Both the position numbers and the translations under genes were made by a program. Below, piece by piece: positions 19,667-28,624 of a stretch of DNA of 64,000 nt (the first letter of the stretch is position 1; each line of letters opens with the position of its first letter). This DNA is from a virus. Lineage: Duplodnaviria > Caudoviricetes. The stretch covers positions 1 through 64,000 of the IMG/VR virus record IMGVR_UViG_3300021511_000006; one strand, given 5' to 3'. The notes under the pieces were generated by a model. It was not told the origin of the DNA and did no database searches. It saw only the letters and a list, made by a program, of their open reading frames with translations.

Positions 19667-19672
19667 CCGTCG

Positions 19673-20176
19673 TTATTGAGATAACGGATTTCCTAACGAA
19701 ACAGCTGATAATGAATGTTTTAATGAACCATCTAACATCTTTGTAGTATATACCAAATATACTAGAGTATTCATTTCTTTATCATAAAATCTAGCAATTT
19801 TCATTACCTTCGATCCGATAGATTTTTGTATATGAGCAATATCTTTATTAGTGGTTTTATTAATAAGAAGTTTTCCGTTTTTATCAACAGGAATTTTACC
19901 GGTTAATTCAACGTCAATTGACGTGTTACTTGGATCTGCCCATGCAAGCATTTTACCACTTTTAATTGTAGTAAAATATATTGATATAAATGGATTTTCT
20001 GGGTCTTGAACTCGAATGACTTTAATTTTATCATTACCTTGAATCATTCTTTTGATGCAGTCAGCCTCACCTATTTGAACAGCAGGTGGACCCGCATATG
20101 AGATTCCTGCTATTATAGATAATAGTAAAATTATAAATAAAAATATAATACAATTAATCATGCATCTTTTGGACAT
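19673..20176 (-). CDS. creA: CreA-family exported protein
   Basis: Signal peptide; DPEN...ADPSNTSI...RFYD...TLVYLVY...DGS...SAV matches the CreA pattern. Confidence 0.75.
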   Translation of the reverse strand: MSKRCMINCIIFLFIILLLSIIAGISYAGPPAVQIGEADCIKRMIQGNDKIKVIRVQDPENPFISIYFTTIKSGKMLAWADPSNTSIDVELTGKIPVDKNGKLLINKTTNKDIAHIQKSIGSKVMKIARFYDKEMNTLVYLVYTTKMLDGSLKHSLSAVSLGNPLSQ

Positions 20177-20188
20177 AAAACTTTTCCC

Positions 20189-20713
20189 CTAATCGAACTT
20201 GTAGTTTGTGTTGTTAATTTCATTTTGATATTTTTTCAATTCAGTTAATGAATCCCATGCTTCATCAATAATAGTTTGATCCAATAAAGGAACAATATTG
20301 ATAATAAGGAAACTTATCCTCTCAATATCTTGCCCTCGAATATATGTACGATGGTCCTTTTTCCACCTTTCTGCAAATTGTTTATATTGTTCTTGACTTC
20401 TTCTCAATGGATTATCAATTCCTTTAAGGACTAGTTTTAGTTCTGTCATCAATTGTAAGAAAAAGAAGCATGATCTAGGATGTAATAATGCATTATTTAA
20501 AGTGCTGAAAACTGGAGAATTCGCAACTGCATCTGATATAATTTTAACTTGACTTAAGTTAACATCTTTAATTTTAAACATACCAACTTGTTCCCTCATT
20601 GTTAAATGACTTTTGAAGTCAAAATCGGGTGGGACGGCAACGAACTCTGCCATAACATAATTTTTAACGTGTGTATTTAATTCCCTATGATCATTAGATT
20701 TGTCAAGATTCAT
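20189..20713 (-). CDS. Hypothetical protein
   Basis: Start reassigned to ATG 20713 (AGGAGA Shine-Dalgarno); the longer ORF overlaps the real upstream gene. Confidence 0.6.
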   Translation of the reverse strand: MNLDKSNDHRELNTHVKNYVMAEFVAVPPDFDFKSHLTMREQVGMFKIKDVNLSQVKIISDAVANSPVFSTLNNALLHPRSCFFFLQLMTELKLVLKGIDNPLRRSQEQYKQFAERWKKDHRTYIRGQDIERISFLIINIVPLLDQTIIDEAWDSLTELKKYQNEINNTNYKFD

Positions 20714-20729
20714 ATTATCTTCTCCTGTA

Positions 20730-21236
20730 TTAGTGATGGCTAATTCTGATGTACGGTAACCCACCCCAGTCGTTGCCATGTTCAAGTTCAGAATAGATGC
20801 CACCATCTTCATCACTGTAAGTAAAATAGTAGACATATCCATTATCCTTCCATGATTCAATAAATTTCTTAGCTTTTTCTCTTGCTTGTTCGGTTTGCCT
20901 AATTTCTCCTTCTTCGTTGCATAATTCTTGCCATACTCGATTATCCCAAAGATCATCTTGTGATATTCCTTCCCTTTTACAGAATTCTTTTTCATAATCC
21001 CAAGCACCTACAATATCATCAGTATAACCACTTATGATTTCTTCAACCATTTTAGATATGCATCTTTGACTAAGTTTTTGAGGAGTTTGATCTACTGCAT
21101 CTCTAAAAATAATATCGACAAAATCAGATCTAAATATATATGGATTTAAATCTTGAATTTTGGTAATTTTACACGGCCAAATAACGATGAATGATGAAGA
21201 GCTAGAGTTAGTTACAAAGTCAGATTTTATTTTCAT
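20730..21236 (-). CDS. TNSSS-motif protein 1 (MKIKSDFVTNSSSSSF)
   Basis: N-terminal motif shared with 62704 and 63081. Confidence 0.75.
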   Translation of the reverse strand: MKIKSDFVTNSSSSSFIVIWPCKITKIQDLNPYIFRSDFVDIIFRDAVDQTPQKLSQRCISKMVEEIISGYTDDIVGAWDYEKEFCKREGISQDDLWDNRVWQELCNEEGEIRQTEQAREKAKKFIESWKDNGYVYYFTYSDEDGGIYSELEHGNDWGGLPYIRISHH

Positions 21237-21606
21237 CTTTTTTTATTTCCTTATTCTTTTCTGATTTAAGATAACGATCCATTCCTATCCCTGCACAAAC
21301 TAGTATGACGGCCCAACATACAGCCGACCCCCACCATGCAAATGCTACACATACTAGAAGATTAAGAAAGTATATGGAATAATAAATCACTGATGGGTCG
21401 ACTTGACATTTTACAAACAGACTAAATATAAACATAAGTGTAAGTATAGTTAATGCACACATATAAATTATTGCAGCCCATCGTTGTCCATTATATCCAA
21501 CTCCTGCAAGAATAAGAATAATCCCGAGTAGAGAAATTTCAATGCCATTTTGCAGAGTAAAGTGTTTTATTTCTTCGCTTATAGAATACTGTGTTCCTTT
21601 CTTCAT
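21220..21606 (-). CDS. Small multi-pass membrane protein
   Basis: Three to four hydrophobic segments; start at MKKGTQY. Confidence 0.65.
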   Translation of the reverse strand: MKKGTQYSISEEIKHFTLQNGIEISLLGIILILAGVGYNGQRWAAIIYMCALTILTLMFIFSLFVKCQVDPSVIYYSIYFLNLLVCVAFAWWGSAVCWAVILVCAGIGMDRYLKSEKNKEIKKDENKI

Positions 21607-21617
21607 TATATTCCCCT

Positions 21618-22622
21618 TTATAATCCCAATGGGCAACAGTTTGGCTTGCCTTGTAATATTTTTCTAAATGATTTGAACTTCATTGAGCGATTCCAGATGT
21701 AGTCAATGTCCTTATCATCTTTTATTGGAACGGCCCATATAGTGGCGTCTGCAAAGCTACAAGGCATCATTTTCATGTCGTGAGTAATATATGCTGACAT
21801 TCTTGCACCTTCACATGTATCAATTGATATTTTTTGAAGTTTATCTGGTTCAACATAATTTAAAACATGATTGACTAAACAACTATCCATCCCAATTTTG
21901 AATTTAGATTTTGGATTGAATACGAGTTTTGCAAAAGTTGAAAATTGATACGTAGATGGTTTCCATTTAAGATTAGCTCCTGCCCCAGCTGGTTTGAATA
22001 ATAAAAATATTACGGCATTTAATCTATTAATGTCTACCAGATCCCTTTTGTGTTTTTGTTTCCAAGGATTATGCCCGTATAAAATTTTAAGAGATTTGAA
22101 ATATGAATCCTTAGTAAACATTAAATGAATATTAGTTTTTACTCCAGCATCTATCAATTTTGTTAGAGCTTCATATGTATAATCTCTTTCGTAATCCGAA
22201 ACTGCAACCGCTCCACACATTTTGGATATTTCAACTTGTTTATCTGTTAAGTCAATGCCACTGGTTGTGTAATTTGGGACGACTCCGTTCTTACGAGCAT
22301 ATGAAACTATTTCTTCAAAGTTCTCATGTTGATTTGGATCACCTCTGCCTCCCAAAGCAACCTGATTTGTATGATGTTTAACTTGATCTATAATTGATTT
22401 GAAATCCTCAAGCTTCATGTTGGGATTATTTGTATGTCCTTGATAACAGAATTCACATTTATGCTTACAATGCCCCATAACTCCAACATCTATTAACGAG
22501 GGAAGATATAAAGAGAATGGATCTTCTTTACCCTTAGTCCCTCGTAACATTTCAATGCCATTTGTTGTATCAAAAAAAAGTTCATAATCAGAATTTGCGA
22601 AAAATTTATTGAATTTTATCAT
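21618..22622 (-). CDS. Radical SAM enzyme with SPASM/twitch-like C-terminus
   Basis: CKHKCEFC (CxxxCxxC); GGRGDP; CEGARMSAYIT...MPCSF...CCPL. Confidence 0.9.
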   Translation of the reverse strand: MIKFNKFFANSDYELFFDTTNGIEMLRGTKGKEDPFSLYLPSLIDVGVMGHCKHKCEFCYQGHTNNPNMKLEDFKSIIDQVKHHTNQVALGGRGDPNQHENFEEIVSYARKNGVVPNYTTSGIDLTDKQVEISKMCGAVAVSDYERDYTYEALTKLIDAGVKTNIHLMFTKDSYFKSLKILYGHNPWKQKHKRDLVDINRLNAVIFLLFKPAGAGANLKWKPSTYQFSTFAKLVFNPKSKFKIGMDSCLVNHVLNYVEPDKLQKISIDTCEGARMSAYITHDMKMMPCSFADATIWAVPIKDDKDIDYIWNRSMKFKSFRKILQGKPNCCPLGL

Positions 22623-23017
22623 AATTTTTTAAACCTCACTTTCTCTTTGACAGTACCTTTCTCCATAGGTTTTGTGTCCATTTCCACTTTTTCTTTTTCG
22701 ATTCGTCTCTCAACAACTTCTTTTTCTGACGTTTGCTTATCTTGTGCCTTGTCAATTTGTTCACCTTCTTTCTTTATATTTAGTTCTTCTCTGACTTTAT
22801 TTTTTACTCCCTTAAATGCTTCTTTAGCTGAAGTGACAACGTCCTGAAGATTATCTTTGATTTCTTTTTTTGATTCGTCCACAACTTCTTCCTGTGTTTC
22901 AACTACAATCTCTTTTACATCTGTTTTATCATCATCACAGAAAAGTATGTTAAAAATAAAAGCACATACAATAATTGTCCCTATACCTATGCCACCACTA
23001 CTACTACTATTAGACAT
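22619..23017 (-). CDS. Membrane-anchored charged protein
   Basis: AGGAGGGG Shine-Dalgarno; MSNSSSSGGIGIGTIIVCAFIFNILFC N-terminal anchor. Confidence 0.65.
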   Translation of the reverse strand: MSNSSSSGGIGIGTIIVCAFIFNILFCDDDKTDVKEIVVETQEEVVDESKKEIKDNLQDVVTSAKEAFKGVKNKVREELNIKKEGEQIDKAQDKQTSEKEVVERRIEKEKVEMDTKPMEKGTVKEKVRFKKL

Positions 23018-23070
23018 TTTACAATCCCCTCCTTTATAAAAATTAAAGTTAAATAGTTTATTCTTCATTT

Positions 23071-23084
23071 ATTAATATATATAG
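23071..23084 (-). promoter_or_regulatory. Motif E (CTATATATATTAAT)
   Basis: Exact copy upstream of the radical SAM/CreA operon. Confidence 0.6.
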
Positions 23085-23121
23085 ATAATGGTATAAATCA
23101 TGAACAATGTCTTAGCGAGTT

Positions 23122-23137
23122 TAGAACAAAATATAAA
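23122..23137 (+). promoter_or_regulatory. Motif L, candidate late promoter
   Basis: TAGAACAAAATATAAA upstream of ATG 23157. Confidence 0.6.
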
Positions 23138-23156
23138 ATTGACCTCTGGTAATATA

Positions 23157-23684
23157 ATGAACTATATAGATAAAATTTTAGAAGAAGTTGAAGATAATGA
23201 ATCTGTTGGTACGTTTGCAATCGACTCATTTCCCAAAAGTCAAAAAAAGAAGAAAAGGCAAATTATAAGAACTATTTATCCTGAGAGTAAAGATGAACAG
23301 ATTCCTAAAAGAGCGATGGTTGATCTTGACGGAACAATTCATAGATATTCTAAAGGATATAAAGATGGAACAATTTATGATAACGCATTTGATAATGCAA
23401 AAGAAGTCATTAATTGGTTAAAACGAAATGGTTATGAAATAGTTATATTTACTACAAGAGCATCAAAACAAAATGCTGATGAGCTTGGGGGTGATCATAA
23501 AGATCAAATAAAGAAAGTTGGTAAGTGGTTAAAAGATAAAGGTATTTATTTTGATCGGATTACAGCTGAGAAACTTGCAGCAGATTTTTATATTGATGAT
23601 AAAGCTATTAGTATTTATAATGGTGATTGGAAAACTGTTTTAAAAGTTATAAAGAAGCGTATTAAGTATAGGGATATTAAATGA
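23157..23684 (+). CDS. HAD-superfamily phosphatase with N-terminal extension
   Basis: DLDGT motif I, FTTR motif II, YIDD motif IV. Confidence 0.8.
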   Translation: MNYIDKILEEVEDNESVGTFAIDSFPKSQKKKKRQIIRTIYPESKDEQIPKRAMVDLDGTIHRYSKGYKDGTIYDNAFDNAKEVINWLKRNGYEIVIFTTRASKQNADELGGDHKDQIKKVGKWLKDKGIYFDRITAEKLAADFYIDDKAISIYNGDWKTVLKVIKKRIKYRDIK

Positions 23685-24451
23685 AATGTGAATATGGTTG
23701 TGGTCAAGAAGCAAACCATCAACTAAAAAATAATAAATGGTGTTGTGAACGTACCACAAAAAAATGTCCAGAAATAATAAGAAAAAGTTCAGAAGGGAGA
23801 CGGGGAAGTAAAAGAACTAGAGAACAAATAATAAATATTTCAAAAGGTCATATTGGTCAGCTTTCAGAAAAGAAAGGATTATCTTATAAAGAATTATATG
23901 GAAATAAGGCAAATATAATTAAAAGAAAAATGCGAAACGCTAAATTACTAGTTAAGGATATTAATAAAATAAAACAAAGATTTCCTTTTCTTTATTTAGT
24001 TGAACGTTTTAAAGTAGATAAATCTGACAATGTTTATGTAAAATGTAAGAATTCTGCTTGTGAAAGATGGTTCATTCCAACATATTCACAAATTTATGAA
24101 AGACATAGAGCATTAAATACACCTGCTGGTTTTGAAGAAAATAATTTTTATTGCTCTATACAATGTAAAAATAATTGTATTTTATATGGATCATCTGCTA
24201 GCTTTTTAATAACAAATTCTGAACTTCAAATACTCAGTAAATTTGTTCTTGAAAGAGAAAATTATATTTGCGAATACTGTGGGGAAAAAGCAATAGAAGT
24301 TCATCACATAAAACCTAAAAAATTAGAACCATTTTTTGCGCTTGACCCTGATTATGTTATTGCGGTGTGTAAAAAATGTCATTATAAATATGGACATAAA
24401 AACGGAACAAAATGCTCAACTGGTAATTTATCTGCAGCAATTTGTTCTTAA
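23681..24451 (+). CDS. HNH homing endonuclease
   Basis: CEYGCGQEA N-terminus; ERENYICEYCG...VHH...CKKCH. Confidence 0.85.
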   Translation: MKCEYGCGQEANHQLKNNKWCCERTTKKCPEIIRKSSEGRRGSKRTREQIINISKGHIGQLSEKKGLSYKELYGNKANIIKRKMRNAKLLVKDINKIKQRFPFLYLVERFKVDKSDNVYVKCKNSACERWFIPTYSQIYERHRALNTPAGFEENNFYCSIQCKNNCILYGSSASFLITNSELQILSKFVLERENYICEYCGEKAIEVHHIKPKKLEPFFALDPDYVIAVCKKCHYKYGHKNGTKCSTGNLSAAICS

Positions 24452-24465
24452 TAGGAGATAAAACA

Positions 24466-25191
24466 ATGGGTATGAAATATTCATTTGCCGAACTTGGACA
24501 AAATATTTTAACAAGAAAGTTTGGTGGAACTACAGTTGGGGTTGCAGATCCTTACACTACAGGTTATCATTTTATATGGTTTGATAAGTTACCGCCTGCC
24601 TTAACTGCTTATGTTTCGGAAGGTATTAGTGGTATAACAAATCTCGGAGAAATACAGACAGTGCTTGCAGCATCTTGTCTATCGGTAACACCTCCAGGTG
24701 GAACTCTAAATAAAATTGAGTACACTGGGCTTGGTGGTGTCAAATGGGCTGTGCCGGGAAATATCGACTATGGAAATACTGTATCTGTAAAATTCTTAGA
24801 ATTTAACAAGACCCCAATTCTTGATATTATGCATTCTTGGGTTAAAATGATAAGAGATTATAGAACTGGTATTACTGAATTAGTGGATGGATCGGAAGGT
24901 GAAGGATATACAAAGAAAACTTATGCTGGTCTTATGTATTACTGGACTACAGCACCTGATGCTAGAACAGTAGAATATTATGCAGCATATGATGGTGTAT
25001 TTCCAGGAAAAGATCCACAAGATTTATTTACAAGCGATGTTGAAACAGTTGGTAGATTAGATCTTGAGATCGAATTCAATGTAGATTACGCATGGCATGA
25101 ACCTTGGGTACTAGCTAAGTGTAATACTTTTGCTGAAACATTTGCTAAAGTCGGAGATACTGTTAAAGGATATGGTGCAAGACAAGCATAA
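24466..25191 (+). CDS. Tail tube protein (T4 gp19-like)
   Basis: PGGTLNKIEY...PGNIDYG...VKFLE...GVFP...EIEFNVD pattern; sheath gene nearby. Confidence 0.8.
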   Translation: MGMKYSFAELGQNILTRKFGGTTVGVADPYTTGYHFIWFDKLPPALTAYVSEGISGITNLGEIQTVLAASCLSVTPPGGTLNKIEYTGLGGVKWAVPGNIDYGNTVSVKFLEFNKTPILDIMHSWVKMIRDYRTGITELVDGSEGEGYTKKTYAGLMYYWTTAPDARTVEYYAAYDGVFPGKDPQDLFTSDVETVGRLDLEIEFNVDYAWHEPWVLAKCNTFAETFAKVGDTVKGYGARQA

Positions 25192-25204
25192 TTGAGGTAA
25201 ACTA

Positions 25205-25672
25205 ATGTTACAAAAATCTTATCTTAAAGTCGTTGCTGCGTATATTGTTGATGAATCCACCCTTTCAAAATACGCTAAAATTCAGATGCTTCGTTTTATT
25301 GAGAATGATGCATCTGAAGCTCAGTTAAAAGTATTCATTACTGAAGGTAAAATACGAAGTGAAAGCGAGAACATATCAGAAATTGCTCCTATTGCTGCTG
25401 CATTAGTAATTGGTGCTGGTCTTGCAGTTGGAAAGGCGGTATATAATAAATTTTATAGTGATGTTGCTAAGGCATGTGCTGGAAGAAAGCAGGATGATAA
25501 AAGAAGATGCATACGAGATTTTAAACTAAAAGCAAGTTATGCTAAATTAACAGCGTTAAAGAGAGAAATGGGAAAATGTAATCAGACAAATAACGTAAAA
25601 AAATGTAGAAATACTTTTATTAAGCATATGAAAAAAGTGGAAAAACAGATTCAAAAAGATAGGGTTATCTAG
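25205..25672 (+). CDS. Hypothetical protein with hydrophobic helix and Cys-rich helical module
   Basis: Paralogous segments in 25687 and 27431. Confidence 0.7.
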   Translation: MLQKSYLKVVAAYIVDESTLSKYAKIQMLRFIENDASEAQLKVFITEGKIRSESENISEIAPIAAALVIGAGLAVGKAVYNKFYSDVAKACAGRKQDDKRRCIRDFKLKASYAKLTALKREMGKCNQTNNVKKCRNTFIKHMKKVEKQIQKDRVI

Positions 25673-25686
25673 GAGGTAGTTAAAAG

Positions 25687-25962
25687 ATGGATATTAATAA
25701 AATGAAGTTAGGTCTTATGTATATTTTTTCAGAGAATGAAAAGGTATCGAAGCCAGCTAAACTTCAACTTATAAATTTTATTGAGCAAGCTGATGAGTAT
25801 CAGTTGAAAGTTTTAATAATGGATGGTGAGCTTGTGTCTAAAGATAAATTAGATGAACAATCAATGGGTATTATTAATGATAGATTTGATGATACTCTAT
25901 TAAATAATATTTATGATGCAGCTTTAAAAGGTATTACAGCTGCTATAGCTTTAAAGAAATAA
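25687..25962 (+). CDS. Hypothetical protein, paralog of the 25205 N-terminus
   Basis: SKPAKLQLINFIEQADEYQLKVLIMDG versus SKYAKIQMLRFIENDASEAQLKVFITEG. Confidence 0.7.
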   Translation: MDINKMKLGLMYIFSENEKVSKPAKLQLINFIEQADEYQLKVLIMDGELVSKDKLDEQSMGIINDRFDDTLLNNIYDAALKGITAAIALKK

Positions 25963-26003
25963 AAGAATAATAATTTTGAAACGAAAGAAAGGAGATATGG
26001 AAA

Positions 26004-26795
26004 ATGACATTCAAAGGATTTGCAGTAGAACTCCCGGTGTATGAAGTAATTACACCACAAACCAAACAATCATTTACTTTAAAAACTCTTAATGTACAAG
26101 AGGAAGAAAAGTTAAAAGGAAGTTTAGTTACTCCAGCAAAAATTGCGGAGCATTTAAATAAGTGTATTTTTGACTCTTTGGTATCTAAACCAGAGGGTAT
26201 TACAGACCTTGATTCTTTTCTTCGTAATGTAACATTGAAAGATAGAGATGCTCTTTTGTATGGTCTTTATCACATTACATATGAGGAAATAAGAAACTAT
26301 CAGGTAAAATGTACAGCTTGTGCTCACGAGTATGCTATAACTATACAAGCATCAAGTACATTCAATTTCAATTCATATCCGAATAAAGATATTTTAAAAG
26401 ATAAAGAAAAAATTGAACTCCCTGTTTCAAAAGGTGTTTTTGTAACAGTTAAACAACCAACTCTATTTGATGAAATATCAGGCATAACTCAATTAGGGAA
26501 TAGACCAGGAAGTACAATTGAACTAATAACAGAAACTCTTATCATTGATAGATTTGAGCAAGACGTTGAGGATAAAAAAGCTCCTATTATTTATTCTGAG
26601 AGAATTGATGTTATTGATGCTTATCTTTCATTACCTGCTCGAGACAAACGTGCTATATATCGTGCATATGAAAAGGCGTTTGGAAATTATGGTATTGAGT
26701 TAAAGATGCAAAGTAATTGTACTAGTTGTGGTAATCAAGATGAGTATGATATTGATTTAGTGGAAAGCTTTTTTCGCGCATTGTTCTCAGCATGA
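26004..26795 (+). CDS. T4 gp26-like baseplate hub / tail assembly chaperone
   Basis: LPVYEVITP...TLNVQEEEKL N-terminus; C-terminal CxxC; ends FFR. Confidence 0.75.
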   Translation: MTFKGFAVELPVYEVITPQTKQSFTLKTLNVQEEEKLKGSLVTPAKIAEHLNKCIFDSLVSKPEGITDLDSFLRNVTLKDRDALLYGLYHITYEEIRNYQVKCTACAHEYAITIQASSTFNFNSYPNKDILKDKEKIELPVSKGVFVTVKQPTLFDEISGITQLGNRPGSTIELITETLIIDRFEQDVEDKKAPIIYSERIDVIDAYLSLPARDKRAIYRAYEKAFGNYGIELKMQSNCTSCGNQDEYDIDLVESFFRALFSA

Positions 26796-26982
26796 TCAGA
26801 TTTCAGATTTTAGAGATAATCTTACTGAGAACATTTTTGCATGTATGGAGATGAGTAAACAATCATATGTAGATGTTATACTTATGCCAGTTAAAAGATT
26901 TCAAGATTACCTTAAATGGAAATCACAACTAGAGGAACAAAAGCAAAAGAGATTTGAAGAGGAAAGTAAAAAATATGGCTAA
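26770..26982 (+). CDS. gp51-like downstream ORF in the +1 frame, probably reached by frameshift; not in the ORF track
   Basis: +1 frame is open from just before TTT TTT CGC to TAA 26982 (...ENIFACMEMSKQSYVDVILMPVKRFQDYLKWK...). Confidence 0.6.
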   Translation, partial: FFAHCSQHDQISDFRDNLTENIFACMEMSKQSYVDVILMPVKRFQDYLKWKSQLEEQKQKRFEEESKKYG

Positions 26983-27418
26983 TATATTAGATAGATTTAA
27001 TGAAGCAGTTGCTGGTTCAAATTCTAAATTAGCTGATTATACTTCAAAAGTTAGTGTTAGAGGAGACTTCAAAAGGATTTCAAGTATAGAAGTTCTTATT
27101 AGTTCTTGGAATAATATATTAATGACTCCAAGAAGAACTTACCAGTTTGATCCTGAGTATGGAAGTAATCTATATAAAATGGTTTTTGAACCTGCTGATC
27201 AAGTAACTGTTAATAAAGTTGTGGAAGAAGTTACATCTACTTTATTAAAATATGATGATCGAGCAGATATTGAAAATGTGAATGTTACGTTTTTTAAAAA
27301 TCTAAAAGGTTTTTCTGTTGCTATAGATGTTAATTATCAAGGAGAAACTGGTCAATTAGAAATTATTATTGATGAATCTACATACTTTAAATTCTTCGAA
27401 GCATCGGATTCACAATAA
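26975..27418 (+). CDS. Baseplate wedge protein (T4 gp25-like)
   Basis: NILMTP...DPEYGSNLYKMVFEP gp25 signature. Confidence 0.85.
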   Translation: MANILDRFNEAVAGSNSKLADYTSKVSVRGDFKRISSIEVLISSWNNILMTPRRTYQFDPEYGSNLYKMVFEPADQVTVNKVVEEVTSTLLKYDDRADIENVNVTFFKNLKGFSVAIDVNYQGETGQLEIIIDESTYFKFFEASDSQ

Positions 27419-27430
27419 GGGGTTATATAA

Positions 27431-28624
27431 ATGATTACACAAACAGATAGAAATATTTTAAAGGATGTTGGGAGAAAGTATTTGCTTGATATTGCTCTTG
27501 ATAGTCAGATATTAAAAAATAAACTTACCTTTAAGGAGCATGTTGAATTATGTAACTCTATTGGTAGCTTATCATATAAAGAAGTTGTAGCTCTGACTAT
27601 TACAGAAGACATTAAAGAATTTGAAGGTAAGTTTCGTAAATTTCTAAAATATGGTTTTGCAGCAATTGCAGGTATGACTGCCGGAGCGGTAGCTGCCACA
27701 GGTATACTTGCCACGGCTGGAGGTGCTCTTTTGGGACCCCCTCTTGCTATGTTTGTATTATACATATTTAGAAAATTAACAGATACTTGCTCAAGATCAT
27801 GTTTAGCTAAATTTCCAATGTCAACTCAAAGAAAGATTTGTCGTTATCAATGTCAAGTTAACGCAGCTCGTAAAATTGTTAATGATCTTAGATCAGAAAT
27901 CACAAAATGTAATCAGTTTGCAAACCCTGAAAAGTGTGAGAAAAAACTCAGAAAAGAATATATAAAATGGTCAAGAAGATTACAACAACAAATGGTTAAA
28001 TTGAATAAAGCTAGTTTGGGTACAGAAGAAAAACTAAGAAAACAAAGACAAAAAGAATTAGCCAAAAAAGCGAAAACCCTTGCCGCAGGATATCAAGTTC
28101 CAGTATCTAAATTATTAAATATTGTTACTGAAAGTAAACAATTCAGACAAAACATCCCATTTAGACAACACTTAAAAATATATCAAGCAGTCAATTCAAT
28201 CAAAGAAGAAGATGATAGTTTAGCAGTCAAACCTCCCAAGATAGATCCCAAGAAAGAGAAATATGCAAGAAATGCATTATATCTTGGTCTTTGGGTAGTA
28301 CCTATTCCCTTCTTTAATGACGTTGTAAATTATATTATAAAAAAACATAATTTTGCATGTATTGGAAAATGTTTAAAACAAAGAAAATTTTCTAGAACAT
28401 TATGTATTCATCAGTGTAGTTATTTATCAGCAAAATATGCAGTACAGATGTTAAACAAACAATTATCAAAATGTGGCAAATCTAATAAGCCTGTTAAATG
28501 CAAAAAGAAAATTTATGATATGCTCGAAGATTGGAAACAAAGAGAGGTTGAAGCTAAGATTAAGTTTAATGCATCTATGAGATCAGAGATGCGAAAAGCA
28601 AAAGAGAGAGAAGGTAAACTATAA
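27431..28624 (+). CDS. Modular hypothetical protein with hydrophobic segment and two Cys-rich helical modules
   Basis: Two C...C...C...KC...KC repeats homologous to the 25205 C-terminus. Confidence 0.7.
   Translation: MITQTDRNILKDVGRKYLLDIALDSQILKNKLTFKEHVELCNSIGSLSYKEVVALTITEDIKEFEGKFRKFLKYGFAAIAGMTAGAVAATGILATAGGALLGPPLAMFVLYIFRKLTDTCSRSCLAKFPMSTQRKICRYQCQVNAARKIVNDLRSEITKCNQFANPEKCEKKLRKEYIKWSRRLQQQMVKLNKASLGTEEKLRKQRQKELAKKAKTLAAGYQVPVSKLLNIVTESKQFRQNIPFRQHLKIYQAVNSIKEEDDSLAVKPPKIDPKKEKYARNALYLGLWVVPIPFFNDVVNYIIKKHNFACIGKCLKQRKFSRTLCIHQCSYLSAKYAVQMLNKQLSKCGKSNKPVKCKKKIYDMLEDWKQREVEAKIKFNASMRSEMRKAKEREGKL

Noticed and set aside
20714-21007. N-terminal extension of ORF 20189..21007
   Set aside because: It overlaps the TNSSS gene in another frame; a good SD and ATG exist at 20713
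26793-26813. TGA readthrough or selenocysteine at the end of the gp26-like gene
   Set aside because: The same frame reaches TAG six codons later; the downstream ORF is in the +1 frame
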